34,244 nucleotides of DNA from Candidatus Omnitrophota bacterium (GTDB lineage: Bacteria; NPL-UPA2; BS750m-G34): the NCBI GenBank assembly GCA_016783345.1, contig JADHWT010000002.1, positions 1 to 34,244 on the forward strand, written 5' to 3'. The position numbers and the translations under genes were made by a program. Numbering within the stretch: the stretch's first letter is position 1; each line of letters begins with the position of its first letter. This document shows, in pieces, positions 1-10,031 of this stretch. The notes under the pieces were generated by a model. The model was not told the origin of the DNA. It did no database searches and was given only the letters and a program-made list of their open reading frames with translations.

Positions 1-666
1 GAGAAGAATTTTGTTAAGGAGGATATACAGCTTCTTTCTATGTTTGCTTCTCAGGCAGTTATAGCAATAGAAAATGCCCGGCTCTTTAGAGAATTAAAGG
101 CAGGGTATCTTAATACCATCAGGGCATTGGCCGCGGTAATTGATGCCAAGGATGCCTATACGCACAGCCACTCAGAGAAGGTGATGCAGTATGCTGTGGC
201 TATTGCGAATGAGATGCATCTTTCAGAAACCGAGGTAAAGGCCATTCAGTATGCAAGTTTCCTCCACGACCTTGGAAAGATTGGCATAAACGCCAATATC
301 CTTCAGAAACCCGGCAGACTTACTCCAGATGAATTTGCAAGTATAGCTGAGCATCCCCATATGGGTTCAGATATTGTTGAGCACGTATCCTTTTTGAAGA
401 ATCTTGTTCCTATAATTTTACACCACCATGAACGCTATGACGGTAATGGGTATCCGTCCGGACTTAAGAAAAAAAGGATTCCAATGGGGGCGAGGATTTT
501 AGGGGTAGTTGATGCCTATGAAGCCATGATATCGGACAGGCCATATCGTAAGGCCCTGGGGAAAACAAAGGCCATGGCTGAACTTAAAAAATGCAGTGGC
601 ACGCAATTTGATCCGGAGATAGTAGAAACCTTTTTGAAGCTGCTTGAAAAAAAACATCAAAAATAA
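1..666 (+). CDS. GAF/HD-GYP domain signalling protein (c-di-GMP phosphodiesterase-like), 5' end outside window
   Basis: Frame 1 is open from nt 1 (EKNFVKEDIQLLSMFASQAVIAIENARLF resembles the end of a GAF domain). The HD motif (FLHDLGK) and HHHERYDGNGYP (HD-GYP signature) are present. Stop at 664-666. Confidence 0.85.
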   Translation, partial: EKNFVKEDIQLLSMFASQAVIAIENARLFRELKAGYLNTIRALAAVIDAKDAYTHSHSEKVMQYAVAIANEMHLSETEVKAIQYASFLHDLGKIGINANILQKPGRLTPDEFASIAEHPHMGSDIVEHVSFLKNLVPIILHHHERYDGNGYPSGLKKKRIPMGARILGVVDAYEAMISDRPYRKALGKTKAMAELKKCSGTQFDPEIVETFLKLLEKKHQK

Positions 667-669
667 AAC

Positions 670-2325
670 ATGCAATTTGAATCTTCTCTTATAAATTTAA
701 TCCTGGATGCCTTAAAAATAATAACCCCTGATGTAAAGATAAAACCGGAAGACATAATTATCTCCTCCTCGGAAGATCCTTCACGCGGGGATTTTTCCAC
801 AAATTGCGCCCTCAAATTAAGTAAATTATTTTCACTCCCCCCGATGGACCTGGGACAAAAAATAGTAGATATTGTGCTATCCAAAAAACCGGCCTTTCTG
901 GACAGCGTTAAACTTGTCTCTCCGGGATTTATAAATCTATTTTTAAGTGCGAAGGCTTTTCAGGGAAAGCTGTTAGAGTTTTTAGAGAATAGTAAAGATT
1001 ACCTGTCCCCCAACATCGGTAATGGGAAGAAGGTCCTGCTTGAGTTTCTAAGCGCCAATCCCACAGGCCCATTAACCATTGCCCACGGCCGTCATGCTGC
1101 CTGCGGCGATACCCTGGCAAATATACTAAAGGCTGCCGGCTATAAAGTTACCCGGGAATATTATTACAATGACAGCGGCAGGCAGATGGATATCCTTGGG
1201 AGCAGTCTCCATGTGCGTTACCTCCAGCTTCTTGGAGAAAGGAAGAGGATGTTTAAGGAGGGCTATTCAGGGTATTATCTCCAGGAGATTGCCCGGAAGA
1301 TGATAGAGAAGCACAGAAAGGCCTATTCAAAAGAGAAGAATCTATCTATATTTACACGTTTTGCTGAAAAAGAAATTCTAAAAGATATTAAAGAGGTCCT
1401 GTCGCTATTTAGAATAAAATTTGGTTCCTGGATAAAAGAGACCAGGTTTACCAGAGGCGCAAAGGTGAAAAAACTCCTTGCCTATCTTAAAGAAAAGGAA
1501 GAGACCTATGAGAAAGACGGCGCCCTCTGGTTTAAATCAACTAAATATAATGATGCCAAGGACAGGGTCCTGGTTAAATCTACAGGAGAGCTGACCTATC
1601 TTGTTCCTGACCTGGCATACCACAAGTTTAAATATGAAAGAGGGTATGACAGGATTATTACTATTCTGGGGCCTGACCACCATGGCTATATCCAGAGGCT
1701 AATGGCCGGTATAAAGGCTATGGGCTTAGACGATACCAAATTTACAACCAAGATTCTCCAGGTTGTCAGCCTCTACCGCGGCAAGAAAAAACTTCGCATG
1801 TCCACGCGCGCCGGTGAATTTGTTACCTTGCGGAAGGTTATAGACGAGGTTGGTGTAGATGCTGCCCATTTTTTTCTTTGCATGCGCGGAATGGATGCGC
1901 CCCTTGATTTCGACCTGGAGCTTGCAAAAAAAGAATCAGCTGAGAATCCGGTTTATTATATCCAGTACGCCCATGCCCGCATCTGTAGTGTATTCAAATT
2001 TGCGCGGCAGAAAGGCTTTGCCATTGATAAACTTAAGAATATTAATCTTGGTATCATTAACCGGAAAGAGGAGATAGAGCTTCTCAAAAAGATTTTGGGC
2101 TATTCCGGAGTAATAAAGAGGGGGGCGGAGGTTTTAGAGACACAGGGACTGACTGCGTATCTCCTGGAATTAGCTTCGCTTTTTCATCAGTATTATAATA
2201 AATATAGATTCATAACCGATGATGATGATATAACTAAGGCAAGGCTTTTATTAGCTCAGGCAGTCCGGATAATCCTCTCCCACGGCCTGAAACTCCTCGG
2301 AATCAAATCCCTGAAAAAGATGTAA
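670..2325 (+). CDS. argS: arginyl-tRNA synthetase
   Basis: 551 aa. Class I motif SANPTGPLTIAHGRH, an MSTRAG (KMSKS-equivalent) motif, and a C-terminal anticodon-binding-like tail ending in M. Confidence 0.94.
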   Translation: MQFESSLINLILDALKIITPDVKIKPEDIIISSSEDPSRGDFSTNCALKLSKLFSLPPMDLGQKIVDIVLSKKPAFLDSVKLVSPGFINLFLSAKAFQGKLLEFLENSKDYLSPNIGNGKKVLLEFLSANPTGPLTIAHGRHAACGDTLANILKAAGYKVTREYYYNDSGRQMDILGSSLHVRYLQLLGERKRMFKEGYSGYYLQEIARKMIEKHRKAYSKEKNLSIFTRFAEKEILKDIKEVLSLFRIKFGSWIKETRFTRGAKVKKLLAYLKEKEETYEKDGALWFKSTKYNDAKDRVLVKSTGELTYLVPDLAYHKFKYERGYDRIITILGPDHHGYIQRLMAGIKAMGLDDTKFTTKILQVVSLYRGKKKLRMSTRAGEFVTLRKVIDEVGVDAAHFFLCMRGMDAPLDFDLELAKKESAENPVYYIQYAHARICSVFKFARQKGFAIDKLKNINLGIINRKEEIELLKKILGYSGVIKRGAEVLETQGLTAYLLELASLFHQYYNKYRFITDDDDITKARLLLAQAVRIILSHGLKLLGIKSLKKM

Positions 2326-2352
2326 CCCACTTTTTTCAACAAAAATAGGAAA

Positions 2353-2970
2353 ATGAAATTTGTAGATTGGGGAAGGATTGAGTATAATAACGCCTGGACC
2401 AGGCAGGAGGAATTAGTAAGAGAAAGAATAGAAGGAGAGAGGAAAGAAGACCTTGTCATACTGGCTGAGCACGAATCAGTATATACCCTGGGCAGGCGCG
2501 GAAACAAAAAAAATATCCTTGTGCCGGATGGACTCCTTAAAGAGATGGGGATTCCGGTTTATGAGGTCAATCGCGGCGGTGATATCACCTATCATGGTCC
2601 GGGGCAGATTTTGTTATATTTTATTTTTCATCTTGCTTGTTTTAAATACGATGTCCATGATATGATACGCTGGATAGAGGGGCTCGTCATAAGTATGCTT
2701 GAATCCTCGGGGCTTCACGGATACCGGGTGCCGGGAAAGACAGGTGTCTTTTGCAATGGAAAGAAGATTGCTTCTATAGGACTTGGTTTTAGAAAGTGGG
2801 TGAGTTTCCACGGGCTTGCATTTAACATAGACACTGACCTAAAATTTTTTTCCTATATCCGGCCCTGCGGTTTTAAAGATGTAGAGATGACCTCGCTATC
2901 TCAAGAATTAGGGGAGAAGGTGGGGTTAAATGAGGTTAAAGAACAGTGCAAAAGTTTGTGCCTAAGATAA
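2353..2970 (+). CDS. lipB: octanoyltransferase (lipoyl(octanoyl) transferase)
   Basis: NRGGDITYHGPGQ motif typical of LipB. Lies directly upstream of and overlapping lipA. Confidence 0.9.
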   Translation: MKFVDWGRIEYNNAWTRQEELVRERIEGERKEDLVILAEHESVYTLGRRGNKKNILVPDGLLKEMGIPVYEVNRGGDITYHGPGQILLYFIFHLACFKYDVHDMIRWIEGLVISMLESSGLHGYRVPGKTGVFCNGKKIASIGLGFRKWVSFHGLAFNIDTDLKFFSYIRPCGFKDVEMTSLSQELGEKVGLNEVKEQCKSLCLR

Positions 2971-3773
2971 AAAAACGCTGGCCGTTAAGCGTAAAGGTCA
3001 AGGAGATGGAAGATTTTATCAGCGGGATGGGCCTCAACACAGTCTGTGAGGAGGCGAGTTGCCCGAATAAAGGAGAATGCTTTGCTAAAAACCGGGTTAC
3101 ATTTCTCATCCTCGGGTCTGTCTGCACGCGCTCCTGTCTTTTCTGCGGTGTAACAAAGGGTAGACCTGCGCGCATAGACGTGAACGAGCCGCAGCGGATT
3201 AGCCAGGCCATCGAAATATTAGGGTTAAAAGAAGCGGTCATTACCTCAGTCACCAGAGACGACCTTGCTGACGGAGGGGCATCGCATTTTAGAGAAGTAG
3301 TTAAGACAATAAAGGCATTAAATAACGATGTAGCTGTAGAGGTCCTTACGCCTGATTTTAAAGGTGAGTTTTCCTCAATAGAGACAGTCCTTAAGAGTAG
3401 TCCTGATGTTTTCAGCCACAATGTTGAGACAGTCCCGCGTCTCTATCCTGAGATCCGGCCGGAAGCGCAGTATCTGCGTTCTTTGCGTGTCCTCGAGTTT
3501 AGTTCCTCTTTTTCGGATATCAAGACCAAGTCAGGTCTTATGGTTGGCATGGGAGAAGAGGTAAAAGAGGTAGAAGATGTTATGGCTGCCCTAAAGAAGT
3601 CAGGTTGTGATATAATAACTATAGGGCAGTACCTGAGGCCCGGCGTTAAAGAAGTAGAGGTGAAAGAATATATCCCTGAAAAGATTTTTAAACATTATGA
3701 GGAGGTAGGTAAAGACCTTGGTTTTGATGAGGTCTATTCAAGCACATTTGTCCGCAGTTCTTATAGATACTGA
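2946..3773 (+). CDS. lipA: lipoyl synthase (radical SAM)
   Basis: CEEASCPNKGEC auxiliary cluster motif and CTRSCLFC (CX3CX2C radical-SAM motif). The exact start is uncertain; the ORF overlaps the lipB 3' end by 25 nt. Confidence 0.93.
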   Translation: MQKFVPKIKKRWPLSVKVKEMEDFISGMGLNTVCEEASCPNKGECFAKNRVTFLILGSVCTRSCLFCGVTKGRPARIDVNEPQRISQAIEILGLKEAVITSVTRDDLADGGASHFREVVKTIKALNNDVAVEVLTPDFKGEFSSIETVLKSSPDVFSHNVETVPRLYPEIRPEAQYLRSLRVLEFSSSFSDIKTKSGLMVGMGEEVKEVEDVMAALKKSGCDIITIGQYLRPGVKEVEVKEYIPEKIFKHYEEVGKDLGFDEVYSSTFVRSSYRY

Positions 3774-3785
3774 AAGGAATTAAAA

Positions 3786-5069
3786 ATGCGTTCAGGAAAA
3801 AGTAAAGTCGGCCTTATCGGGCTTGGCACTGTTGGTAAGAGTGTTGTGAAGCTCTGGCCCAGGGCCGATGGTATTATCTTAAAACGAATAGTAGATAAAG
3901 ATAAGAAAAAAGGGGACAGCGCCCTTTTTTCAACTAAGCCCGATGACATTTTAAATGACCCTGAGATTGATATAGTTATCGAATTGATTGGCGGCATAAA
4001 TGACGCGTATCGTTATATAAAATCTGCCATAGAGAAGGGGAAAAATGTCGTTACAGCTAATAAGGCGCTGCTTGCCTTGAAGGGTGAGGAGCTTGAGAAA
4101 CTGGCCTTAGCAAAAGGTGTTTCCCTCGGGTATGAGGCGAGCGTGTGTGCCGGCATACCGATTATTCGGGGAATTCGAGAAGGTCTTGCAGCAAACAGGA
4201 TAAGGTCTATCTACGGCATAATCAACGGGACTGCCAATTTTATCCTTTCTGCTATGGAGGAAGAAGGTATAGGTTTTGCCCGCGCATTATCCGAGGCGCA
4301 GGAGCAGGGATTCGCCGAAAGTAATCCTACCCTTGATATTGACGGACTTGATTCCCAGCATAAACTCGCTATACTCGCACGTCTCTCTTTTAAGACATCT
4401 GTGAAATTGTCCGATATCTATGTAGAAGGTATAAGGAGAATTACTCATAGTGATATAACCTATGCGAGAGAGCTTGGTTATAGTATTAAACTCTTAGCCA
4501 TTGCAAAAGCAGAAGGAAAGAGACTTGACGCAAGGGTCCATCCAACCCTTATTTCTAAAGACAATCTCCTCTCCTCGGTTCGCGGTATCCACAATGCCTG
4601 CTTTCTCGAAGGAGATGCCTGCGGCAAGATGGTATTCTATGGCCAGGGCGCAGGTGGGCTGCCCACTGCAAGTGCGATCCTGAGCGATGTAAAAGCCATT
4701 GCTTCAGAAAAGAGGGGACTGTTCCAGATGTCATCCTCCGGCAAGGTGCTCGAAGAGTGCTTGACCGGGGGATCCAGTAGAATCGGGATTGTCCCCATCG
4801 ACGAGCTTTTCACCCGCTACTATGTCCGTTTTTCCGCAATAGACAAACCCGGGGTCCTTGCCAGGATATGTGATATACTGGGCAAGCACAATATAAGTAT
4901 TGTCAGTGTCATCCAGAAGGAGCGCAGCGGCACCAGAGGTGTCCCTATTGTCATGATGACCCATAAGGCCAGAGAATCCAGCATGCGCAAGGCCATCTCC
5001 TCTATTGATAGACTGAATGTAGTTAAAGAAAAAAGTCTATTCATCAGGGTTGAGGAGGTTGAAGATTAA
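3786..5069 (+). CDS. hom: homoserine dehydrogenase with C-terminal ACT domain
   Basis: N-terminal GLIGLGTVG Rossmann motif, a central YEASVCAGIPII segment, and an ACT-like C-terminus. Adjacent to thrC. Confidence 0.9.
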   Translation: MRSGKSKVGLIGLGTVGKSVVKLWPRADGIILKRIVDKDKKKGDSALFSTKPDDILNDPEIDIVIELIGGINDAYRYIKSAIEKGKNVVTANKALLALKGEELEKLALAKGVSLGYEASVCAGIPIIRGIREGLAANRIRSIYGIINGTANFILSAMEEEGIGFARALSEAQEQGFAESNPTLDIDGLDSQHKLAILARLSFKTSVKLSDIYVEGIRRITHSDITYARELGYSIKLLAIAKAEGKRLDARVHPTLISKDNLLSSVRGIHNACFLEGDACGKMVFYGQGAGGLPTASAILSDVKAIASEKRGLFQMSSSGKVLEECLTGGSSRIGIVPIDELFTRYYVRFSAIDKPGVLARICDILGKHNISIVSVIQKERSGTRGVPIVMMTHKARESSMRKAISSIDRLNVVKEKSLFIRVEEVED

Positions 5070-6134
5070 ATGTGGCAGGGTGTAATAGAGAGATATCGCG
5101 AGTATCTTCCTGTAAGTGAGAGGACACCTGTAATAACCCTCCAGGAAGGTGATACCCCGCTTCTGCCTGCATCCAATCTATCTTCTTTTTTAAAGACAGA
5201 TCTAAAGATATATCTAAAATACGAAGGTGCTAATCCAACAGGGTCTTTTAAGGACAGGGGAATGACAGTTGCTGTGTCTAAGGCCCTTGATGTTAAACAC
5301 GATAATGCGCCTGTGGTTATCTGCGCCTCTACCGGCAATACATCTGCCTCTGCCTCTGCCTATGCTGCGCGCGCGAAAATTAAATCAGTTGTCCTTATCC
5401 CTGAGGGAGCTATTGCTTTGGGGAAACTTTCTCAGGCGCTTATTCATGGAGCTAAGGTTATAGCTATTAAAGGAAATTTTGACGATGCCTTCAGAGTGGT
5501 AAAGGAACTTACTTCAAGATTTGACCTGGTCATGGTAAATTCTATAAACCCGTTTCGCATTGAAGGGCAGAAGACAGGCGCTTTTGAGATATGCGATCAA
5601 TTGGGTCATTGCCCTGATTATCAGGTAATGCCCGTAGGTAATGCCGGTAATATTACTGCCTACTGGAAAGGGTATAAAGAGTGGTATGGAGTTAAAAAGA
5701 TTAAAAAACTTCCTGTTATGCTTGGATTTCAGGCAGAGGGTGCAGCGCCGATAGTTTTGGGAAAGATAGTGAAAAAACCGGAGACTATAGCCACAGCCAT
5801 AAAGATCGGGAATCCTGCTTCATGGGAGAAAGCTGTAGAAGCCAGGCAGGAGTCAAAAGGTCTTATTGATAGTGTCTCTGACAAAGAAATCATCGAGGCA
5901 TACAAGCTCCTTGCCGAGACAGAAGGGGTGTTTGTTGAGCCGGCTTCGGCTTCTTCCATTGCCGGTTTAAGAAAACTTATCAAGAAAAATTATTTCCCGC
6001 GAGGGAAGAGTGTTGTAGCGATACTTACCGGCCACGGCCTGAAAGACCCGGACAGGGCTATAGCTGAAATCGCTAAGCCCGTTGTCCTCCCGCCGGATAT
6101 AGAAGTAATAGCAAAGGAGATAGGACTGAGTTGA
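5070..6134 (+). CDS. thrC: threonine synthase
   Basis: PLP-lysine motif NPTGSFKDRG. Starts 1 nt after the hom stop. Confidence 0.92.
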   Translation: MWQGVIERYREYLPVSERTPVITLQEGDTPLLPASNLSSFLKTDLKIYLKYEGANPTGSFKDRGMTVAVSKALDVKHDNAPVVICASTGNTSASASAYAARAKIKSVVLIPEGAIALGKLSQALIHGAKVIAIKGNFDDAFRVVKELTSRFDLVMVNSINPFRIEGQKTGAFEICDQLGHCPDYQVMPVGNAGNITAYWKGYKEWYGVKKIKKLPVMLGFQAEGAAPIVLGKIVKKPETIATAIKIGNPASWEKAVEARQESKGLIDSVSDKEIIEAYKLLAETEGVFVEPASASSIAGLRKLIKKNYFPRGKSVVAILTGHGLKDPDRAIAEIAKPVVLPPDIEVIAKEIGLS

Positions 6135-7138
6135 AAAGTATTAATTACAAATCCGCCGGTGTTGACATAGATAAGGGTGACAGGTTTGTCGATGCCATTA
6201 TCCCTCTTATTAAAAAGACCAGGACACGAGGTGCGGTCGGTAAAATCGGCGGGTTCAGCGGTTTTTTTAAGTCGCCTAAAAAAGGTTTTAGAGAGCCCAT
6301 CCTTGTAGCTGCTACAGATGGTGTCGGGACAAAGCTCATGGTAGCGAAGATGCTTGATAAACATGACACAGTCGGCATTGACCTTGTTGCCATGTGCGTC
6401 AATGATATCATTACCTGCGGTGCTGAGCCGTTATTCTTTCTGGATTATTTTGCAACTTCAAAGATTGATCTTAAGAGCGCCCCTCAGATCGTGAAAGGGA
6501 TAGCCGCCGGGTGTTGCCAGGCGCGCTGCGCTATAGTGGGAGGCGAGACAGCTGAGATGCCGGGGTTATACCGGAAGGGAGATTATGATTTAGCCGGGTT
6601 TTGTGTAGGAGTGGTAGAGCGAAAAAAGATTATTGACGGAAAGGATATACTACCCGGAGATATAATCCTCGGACTCAGGTCTAATGGCCTGCACTCTAAT
6701 GGATTTTCTCTTGTCAGGAAGCTGTTTTCTCAAAAAGAGATAAAAGGAAAATGGGGAAAAGAGATACTCCGTCCTACAAAGATCTATGTCCGTGAAATAC
6801 TCTCACTTAAAAAGAAAGTCAATATTAAAGGCCTTGCGCACGTAACCGGTGGAGGATTTTACGGAAATATCCCCCGCATCCTCCCAAAAGGACTTGGCGT
6901 AGAGATAAAAAAAGGTTCATGGCCTGTCCCTTTTATATTTAAGGAAATTAAAAAGAGAGGCAATCTCCCTGACAGCGAGATGTACCGGACCTTTAATATG
7001 GGCATCGGGATGGTTGTTATACTAAATAAGGCTAATGCGGAAAAAGCCAGAAGGCACTTATCCCGGATAGGCCTCCGTTCCTGGCCTATTGGACATATTG
7101 TAAGGACCAAGACTTCAGATGCAATCTTCTTTTTGTGA
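6131..7138 (+). CDS. purM: phosphoribosylformylglycinamidine cyclo-ligase (AIR synthetase)
   Basis: YKSAGVDIDKGD and ATDGVGTKL motifs. TTG start overlapping the thrC stop (TTGA). Confidence 0.92.
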   Translation: MKSINYKSAGVDIDKGDRFVDAIIPLIKKTRTRGAVGKIGGFSGFFKSPKKGFREPILVAATDGVGTKLMVAKMLDKHDTVGIDLVAMCVNDIITCGAEPLFFLDYFATSKIDLKSAPQIVKGIAAGCCQARCAIVGGETAEMPGLYRKGDYDLAGFCVGVVERKKIIDGKDILPGDIILGLRSNGLHSNGFSLVRKLFSQKEIKGKWGKEILRPTKIYVREILSLKKKVNIKGLAHVTGGGFYGNIPRILPKGLGVEIKKGSWPVPFIFKEIKKRGNLPDSEMYRTFNMGIGMVVILNKANAEKARRHLSRIGLRSWPIGHIVRTKTSDAIFFL

Positions 7139-9107
7139 AATTGTCTTCAACCGCCCCTTAAACAAATCTTTCACATATTCTATCCCCCCGCACCTTAAGG
7201 ATTCTGTCAAGGTAGGACAGAGGGTAAGGGTCTCTTTCGGAAAAAGCGATGCCTTAGGATATGTGGTAGCCCTTTCGCCTGTTCCACCTACGCAATGGAA
7301 ATCTAAAGATATAAAAGAGATAATAGATGAGATTCCCCTCCTTGACAGCGAAATGCTTAAGTTAGCCCGTTGGATGAGTGATTATTATTTTTGTTCTCTG
7401 GGTGAGGTCTTGAGTCTCTTTTTTCCCGGGGGGTGGCGGAAGGTTGGTAAAACCAGACCTCAACGTCTTAAAGAAAAGAAAGCCGATATACTTCGGAGAG
7501 GTTCTTCGCAGCCATTTTTACCAACCCGGGACCAGGATAAGTGCATTAAGAGAATAAGCCGGGCGTTGGATAAAAAAGAGAAAAAGGTATTTCTCCTCCA
7601 TGGTGTAACAGCCAGCGGAAAGACAGAGGTCTATCTGCAGTTGGCTGCGCGGGTAAGGGCTATGGGAGGAGGGGTAATAGTCCTTGTCCCTGAGATTGTC
7701 TTGACCCATGAGATTGTCAGGGCATTTCAGGCCCGCTTTGGCATGGATGTGGCTATCTGGCACAGTAAACTGGGAAAAGGGAAACGATACGAAGAATGGC
7801 TTAAGATTATAAAGGGAGAGGCCCATATTGTAATTGGTCCGCGTTCGGCCATTTTTAGTCCTGTAGAAAATTTAAGACTTATTATTGTCGATGAGGAGCA
7901 TGAAAATTCCTATAAGCAGTCTGAGACAAGTCCGCGTTATCATGGCAGGGATGTTGCTATTATGCGGGCGCATATATCTCATTTAGTGACAATACTCGGC
8001 AGCGCTACTCCGTCGCTTGAGTCGTATTACCATGCCGTAAATAAAAAATACGAGCTTATTGAGTTACCGACTCGTGTAGACGCCAGTCCACTCCCGGAGG
8101 TAAAAATAGTTGATCTCAGGGGCGCGTCAAAAGAGAGTTTCTTTTCTCAGGAATTAAAAGATTCCATAGAAGAGAAGTTGCTAAATAAAGAACAGATCAT
8201 ACTTTTTATTAACCGGAGAGGTTTTTCCTATTTTATCCTCTGCCAGGCGTGCGGGCATGTTATGAAATGCCGTAATTGTGAGGTGTCCCTGACATATCAT
8301 CGCAAGAGAGATTTGGGCGAGTGCCATTACTGCGGCTACAAAGAGAAGATAGCTTTAAGGTGTCCTGCATGTAAGAATGAGGCGCTTCGGTTTATGGGGA
8401 TTGGAACTGAAAAGGTAGAGGATGAAATAAGAAATCTTTTTCCTGAGGCAAGGGTAAGGCGCCTGGATAGCGATGTAACTCGAAAGAAAGATACTATAGT
8501 TAAAATATTGGAGGATCTAAGACGCCGCCGTATTGATATACTCGTAGGGACGCAGATGACTGCTAAAGGTCTTGATTTTCCGTATGTGACTCTGGTCGGA
8601 GTAATACTTGCCGACGGCGGGTTGAATGTCCCTGATTTTCGTGCCGGAGAGAGGACGTTTCAGCTGCTCACCCAGGTTGCCGGCCGGTCCGGCAGGGGTT
8701 CACAGGCAGGCCGCTGTATTATTCAGACGTATAATCCTCTGCACTATAGCATTGCGACTGCAGCGCGTCAAAGCTATTCAGATTTTTTTAAAGAGGAGAT
8801 TAAATTTAGAGAGGAACTTTATTATCCGCCTGTCTGCCGGTTTATCCGGGTAGTTATCCGCGGGCATGCAGAGGTGAAAGTGCGGGGAGCAGCAGAGAGA
8901 TTGGTGAGGACTATAAAAGAGGGGGTAATAGGACCTTCTCCGGCGCCCCTGTCAAGACTTAAAGGAAAATACCGCTGGCAGTTTTGTATGAAGACAAAAG
9001 ATGTAAATCGCAGTCGAAAAGTTATTCGTGATGCTATAGAAAAAGAGAGTTTGGCTTTAAAAGGTCTTGATATTATAATAGATGCCGATCCAATAGATAT
9101 GATGTAA
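7119..9107 (+). CDS. priA: primosomal protein N' (replication restart helicase)
   Basis: Walker A GVTASGKTEVY, DEEH box (IIVDEEHE), and a Cys-rich zinc-binding insert (CQACGHVMKCRNC...CHYCG...CPACK). Confidence 0.93.
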   Translation: MQSSFCEIVFNRPLNKSFTYSIPPHLKDSVKVGQRVRVSFGKSDALGYVVALSPVPPTQWKSKDIKEIIDEIPLLDSEMLKLARWMSDYYFCSLGEVLSLFFPGGWRKVGKTRPQRLKEKKADILRRGSSQPFLPTRDQDKCIKRISRALDKKEKKVFLLHGVTASGKTEVYLQLAARVRAMGGGVIVLVPEIVLTHEIVRAFQARFGMDVAIWHSKLGKGKRYEEWLKIIKGEAHIVIGPRSAIFSPVENLRLIIVDEEHENSYKQSETSPRYHGRDVAIMRAHISHLVTILGSATPSLESYYHAVNKKYELIELPTRVDASPLPEVKIVDLRGASKESFFSQELKDSIEEKLLNKEQIILFINRRGFSYFILCQACGHVMKCRNCEVSLTYHRKRDLGECHYCGYKEKIALRCPACKNEALRFMGIGTEKVEDEIRNLFPEARVRRLDSDVTRKKDTIVKILEDLRRRRIDILVGTQMTAKGLDFPYVTLVGVILADGGLNVPDFRAGERTFQLLTQVAGRSGRGSQAGRCIIQTYNPLHYSIATAARQSYSDFFKEEIKFREELYYPPVCRFIRVVIRGHAEVKVRGAAERLVRTIKEGVIGPSPAPLSRLKGKYRWQFCMKTKDVNRSRKVIRDAIEKESLALKGLDIIIDADPIDMM

Positions 9108-9127
9108 AGGGGACTGTCCTTTTTTTT
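9107..9127. terminator. putative bidirectional terminator between convergent priA and the TPR gene
   Basis: AAAGGGGACTGTCCTTTTTTTTT: a short GC core stem (GGAC/GTCC region) flanked by an A-run and a T-run, filling the whole 21-nt gap between the two stop codons. Confidence 0.45.
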
Positions 9128-9128
9128 G

Positions 9129-9713
9129 CTATGCCTGAAGCCGGCCGCGCTCAATGGTGAGCATGGCCTCAACATTTTTGAGTTCGTTAGTTATTTTAGA
9201 ATCAGTTGGTACGATTTTGAGATATTGGTCAAGGACCTGCCTTGCTTCCTTTAAGTGTCCCTGATGCAGATAGATCTCTCCAAGATTTCGTAAGGCAAGC
9301 GCGTGGTCAGGGACAAGTTTTAATGTGCCGTGCAAATTTTCCATGGCGTCATTGAGCTGGTTCAATTTCAAGTATATCTCACCAAGGCGTAGATGGACCT
9401 GCGGTTGAGGGCCCATTACAGCCAGACTGTCTTCATAGCTGTCAGCCGCATTTTCCAGTTTTTTTATCTTTTCAAAAAAGAAGGCCTTCCACAGAGAGAT
9501 TGCAGCGCAGAAAGTTAAACTGCTCGCAGGTGTTTCCGGCTTTTTAAGTTTTCGTGAGCGTGCCAGTAAAATCCCGCCCCTTGCGTTGCGCAGGTTAGGA
9601 TCAAGTGAAAGCGCAGATTTAAAATGCTGGATGGCGTAGTCATACTGGTTTTTTTCCAGTGCCATAAGCCCTTTTTGATAAGACTGCTCAGCATTTGCTT
9701 TGTTCATTTCCAT
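9129..9713 (-). CDS. tetratricopeptide (TPR) repeat protein
   Basis: 194 aa with repeated A..YQKG/AL..A..HF..AL.LDP-type TPR units (ALSLDPNLRNA, LGEIYLKLNQLNDA, LGEIYLHQGHLKEA). The only well-supported minus-strand gene. Confidence 0.75.
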   Translation of the reverse strand: MEMNKANAEQSYQKGLMALEKNQYDYAIQHFKSALSLDPNLRNARGGILLARSRKLKKPETPASSLTFCAAISLWKAFFFEKIKKLENAADSYEDSLAVMGPQPQVHLRLGEIYLKLNQLNDAMENLHGTLKLVPDHALALRNLGEIYLHQGHLKEARQVLDQYLKIVPTDSKITNELKNVEAMLTIERGRLQA

Positions 9714-9717
9714 TTTA

Positions 9718-9873
9718 TTAAAAAATTAATATAAAAATAATAAGAAGGATGATTAATATGCCCGCGATATATACGGGAGGGATGGGCCTTTTCCCTTTTT
9801 TCCATTCCTTTGATCCAAACAGGAGAAAGAGCGTCCCGTCCAAAAATGTCTTTGCTATTTTCTCTTTATTCAT
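9718..9873 (-). CDS. possible 51-aa small membrane protein upstream of the TPR gene
   Basis: My own translation: MNKEKIAKTFLDGTLFLLFGSKEWKKGKRPIPPVYIAGILIILLIIFILIF. It has a hydrophobic C-terminal helix. Its stop TAA lies 4 nt before the TPR ATG. The SD is weak, and a competing + strand ORF exists. Confidence 0.3.
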   Translation of the reverse strand: MNKEKIAKTFLDGTLFLLFGSKEWKKGKRPIPPVYIAGILIILLIIFILIF

Positions 9874-9996
9874 TTCCACTTACAAGCAAATCGCCTCTGG
9901 CGATAACATATAGTGGTTGGAATTGTCTTTTGAAATTTCATACCATTAAATAATAACACAAAAAGATAGATTTTGCCACATATATTTTTAATTTTC

Positions 9997-10024
9997 TTGA
10001 CATAGAAAGGATAGGTGATAGAAT
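9997..10024 (+). promoter_or_regulatory. sigma70-type promoter of the riboflavin operon
   Basis: TTGACA (9997-10002), a 16-nt spacer, then extended -10 TGATAGAAT (TAGAAT at 10019-10024). This places the TSS about 7 nt upstream of riboswitch P1. Confidence 0.6.
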
Positions 10025-10031
10025 TAAAGTG

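Noticed and set aside
9749-9913. A + strand 54-codon ORF (MINMPAIYTGGMGLFPFFHSFDPNRRKSVPSKNVFAIFSLFISTYKQIASGDNI) in the TPR-rib intergenic region.
   Set aside because: It overlaps the minus-strand micro-ORF, which has a cleaner membrane-protein character and tight coupling to the TPR gene. The SD-like AAGAAGG directly abuts the ATG. It would run into the rib promoter region. Neither ORF is proven.
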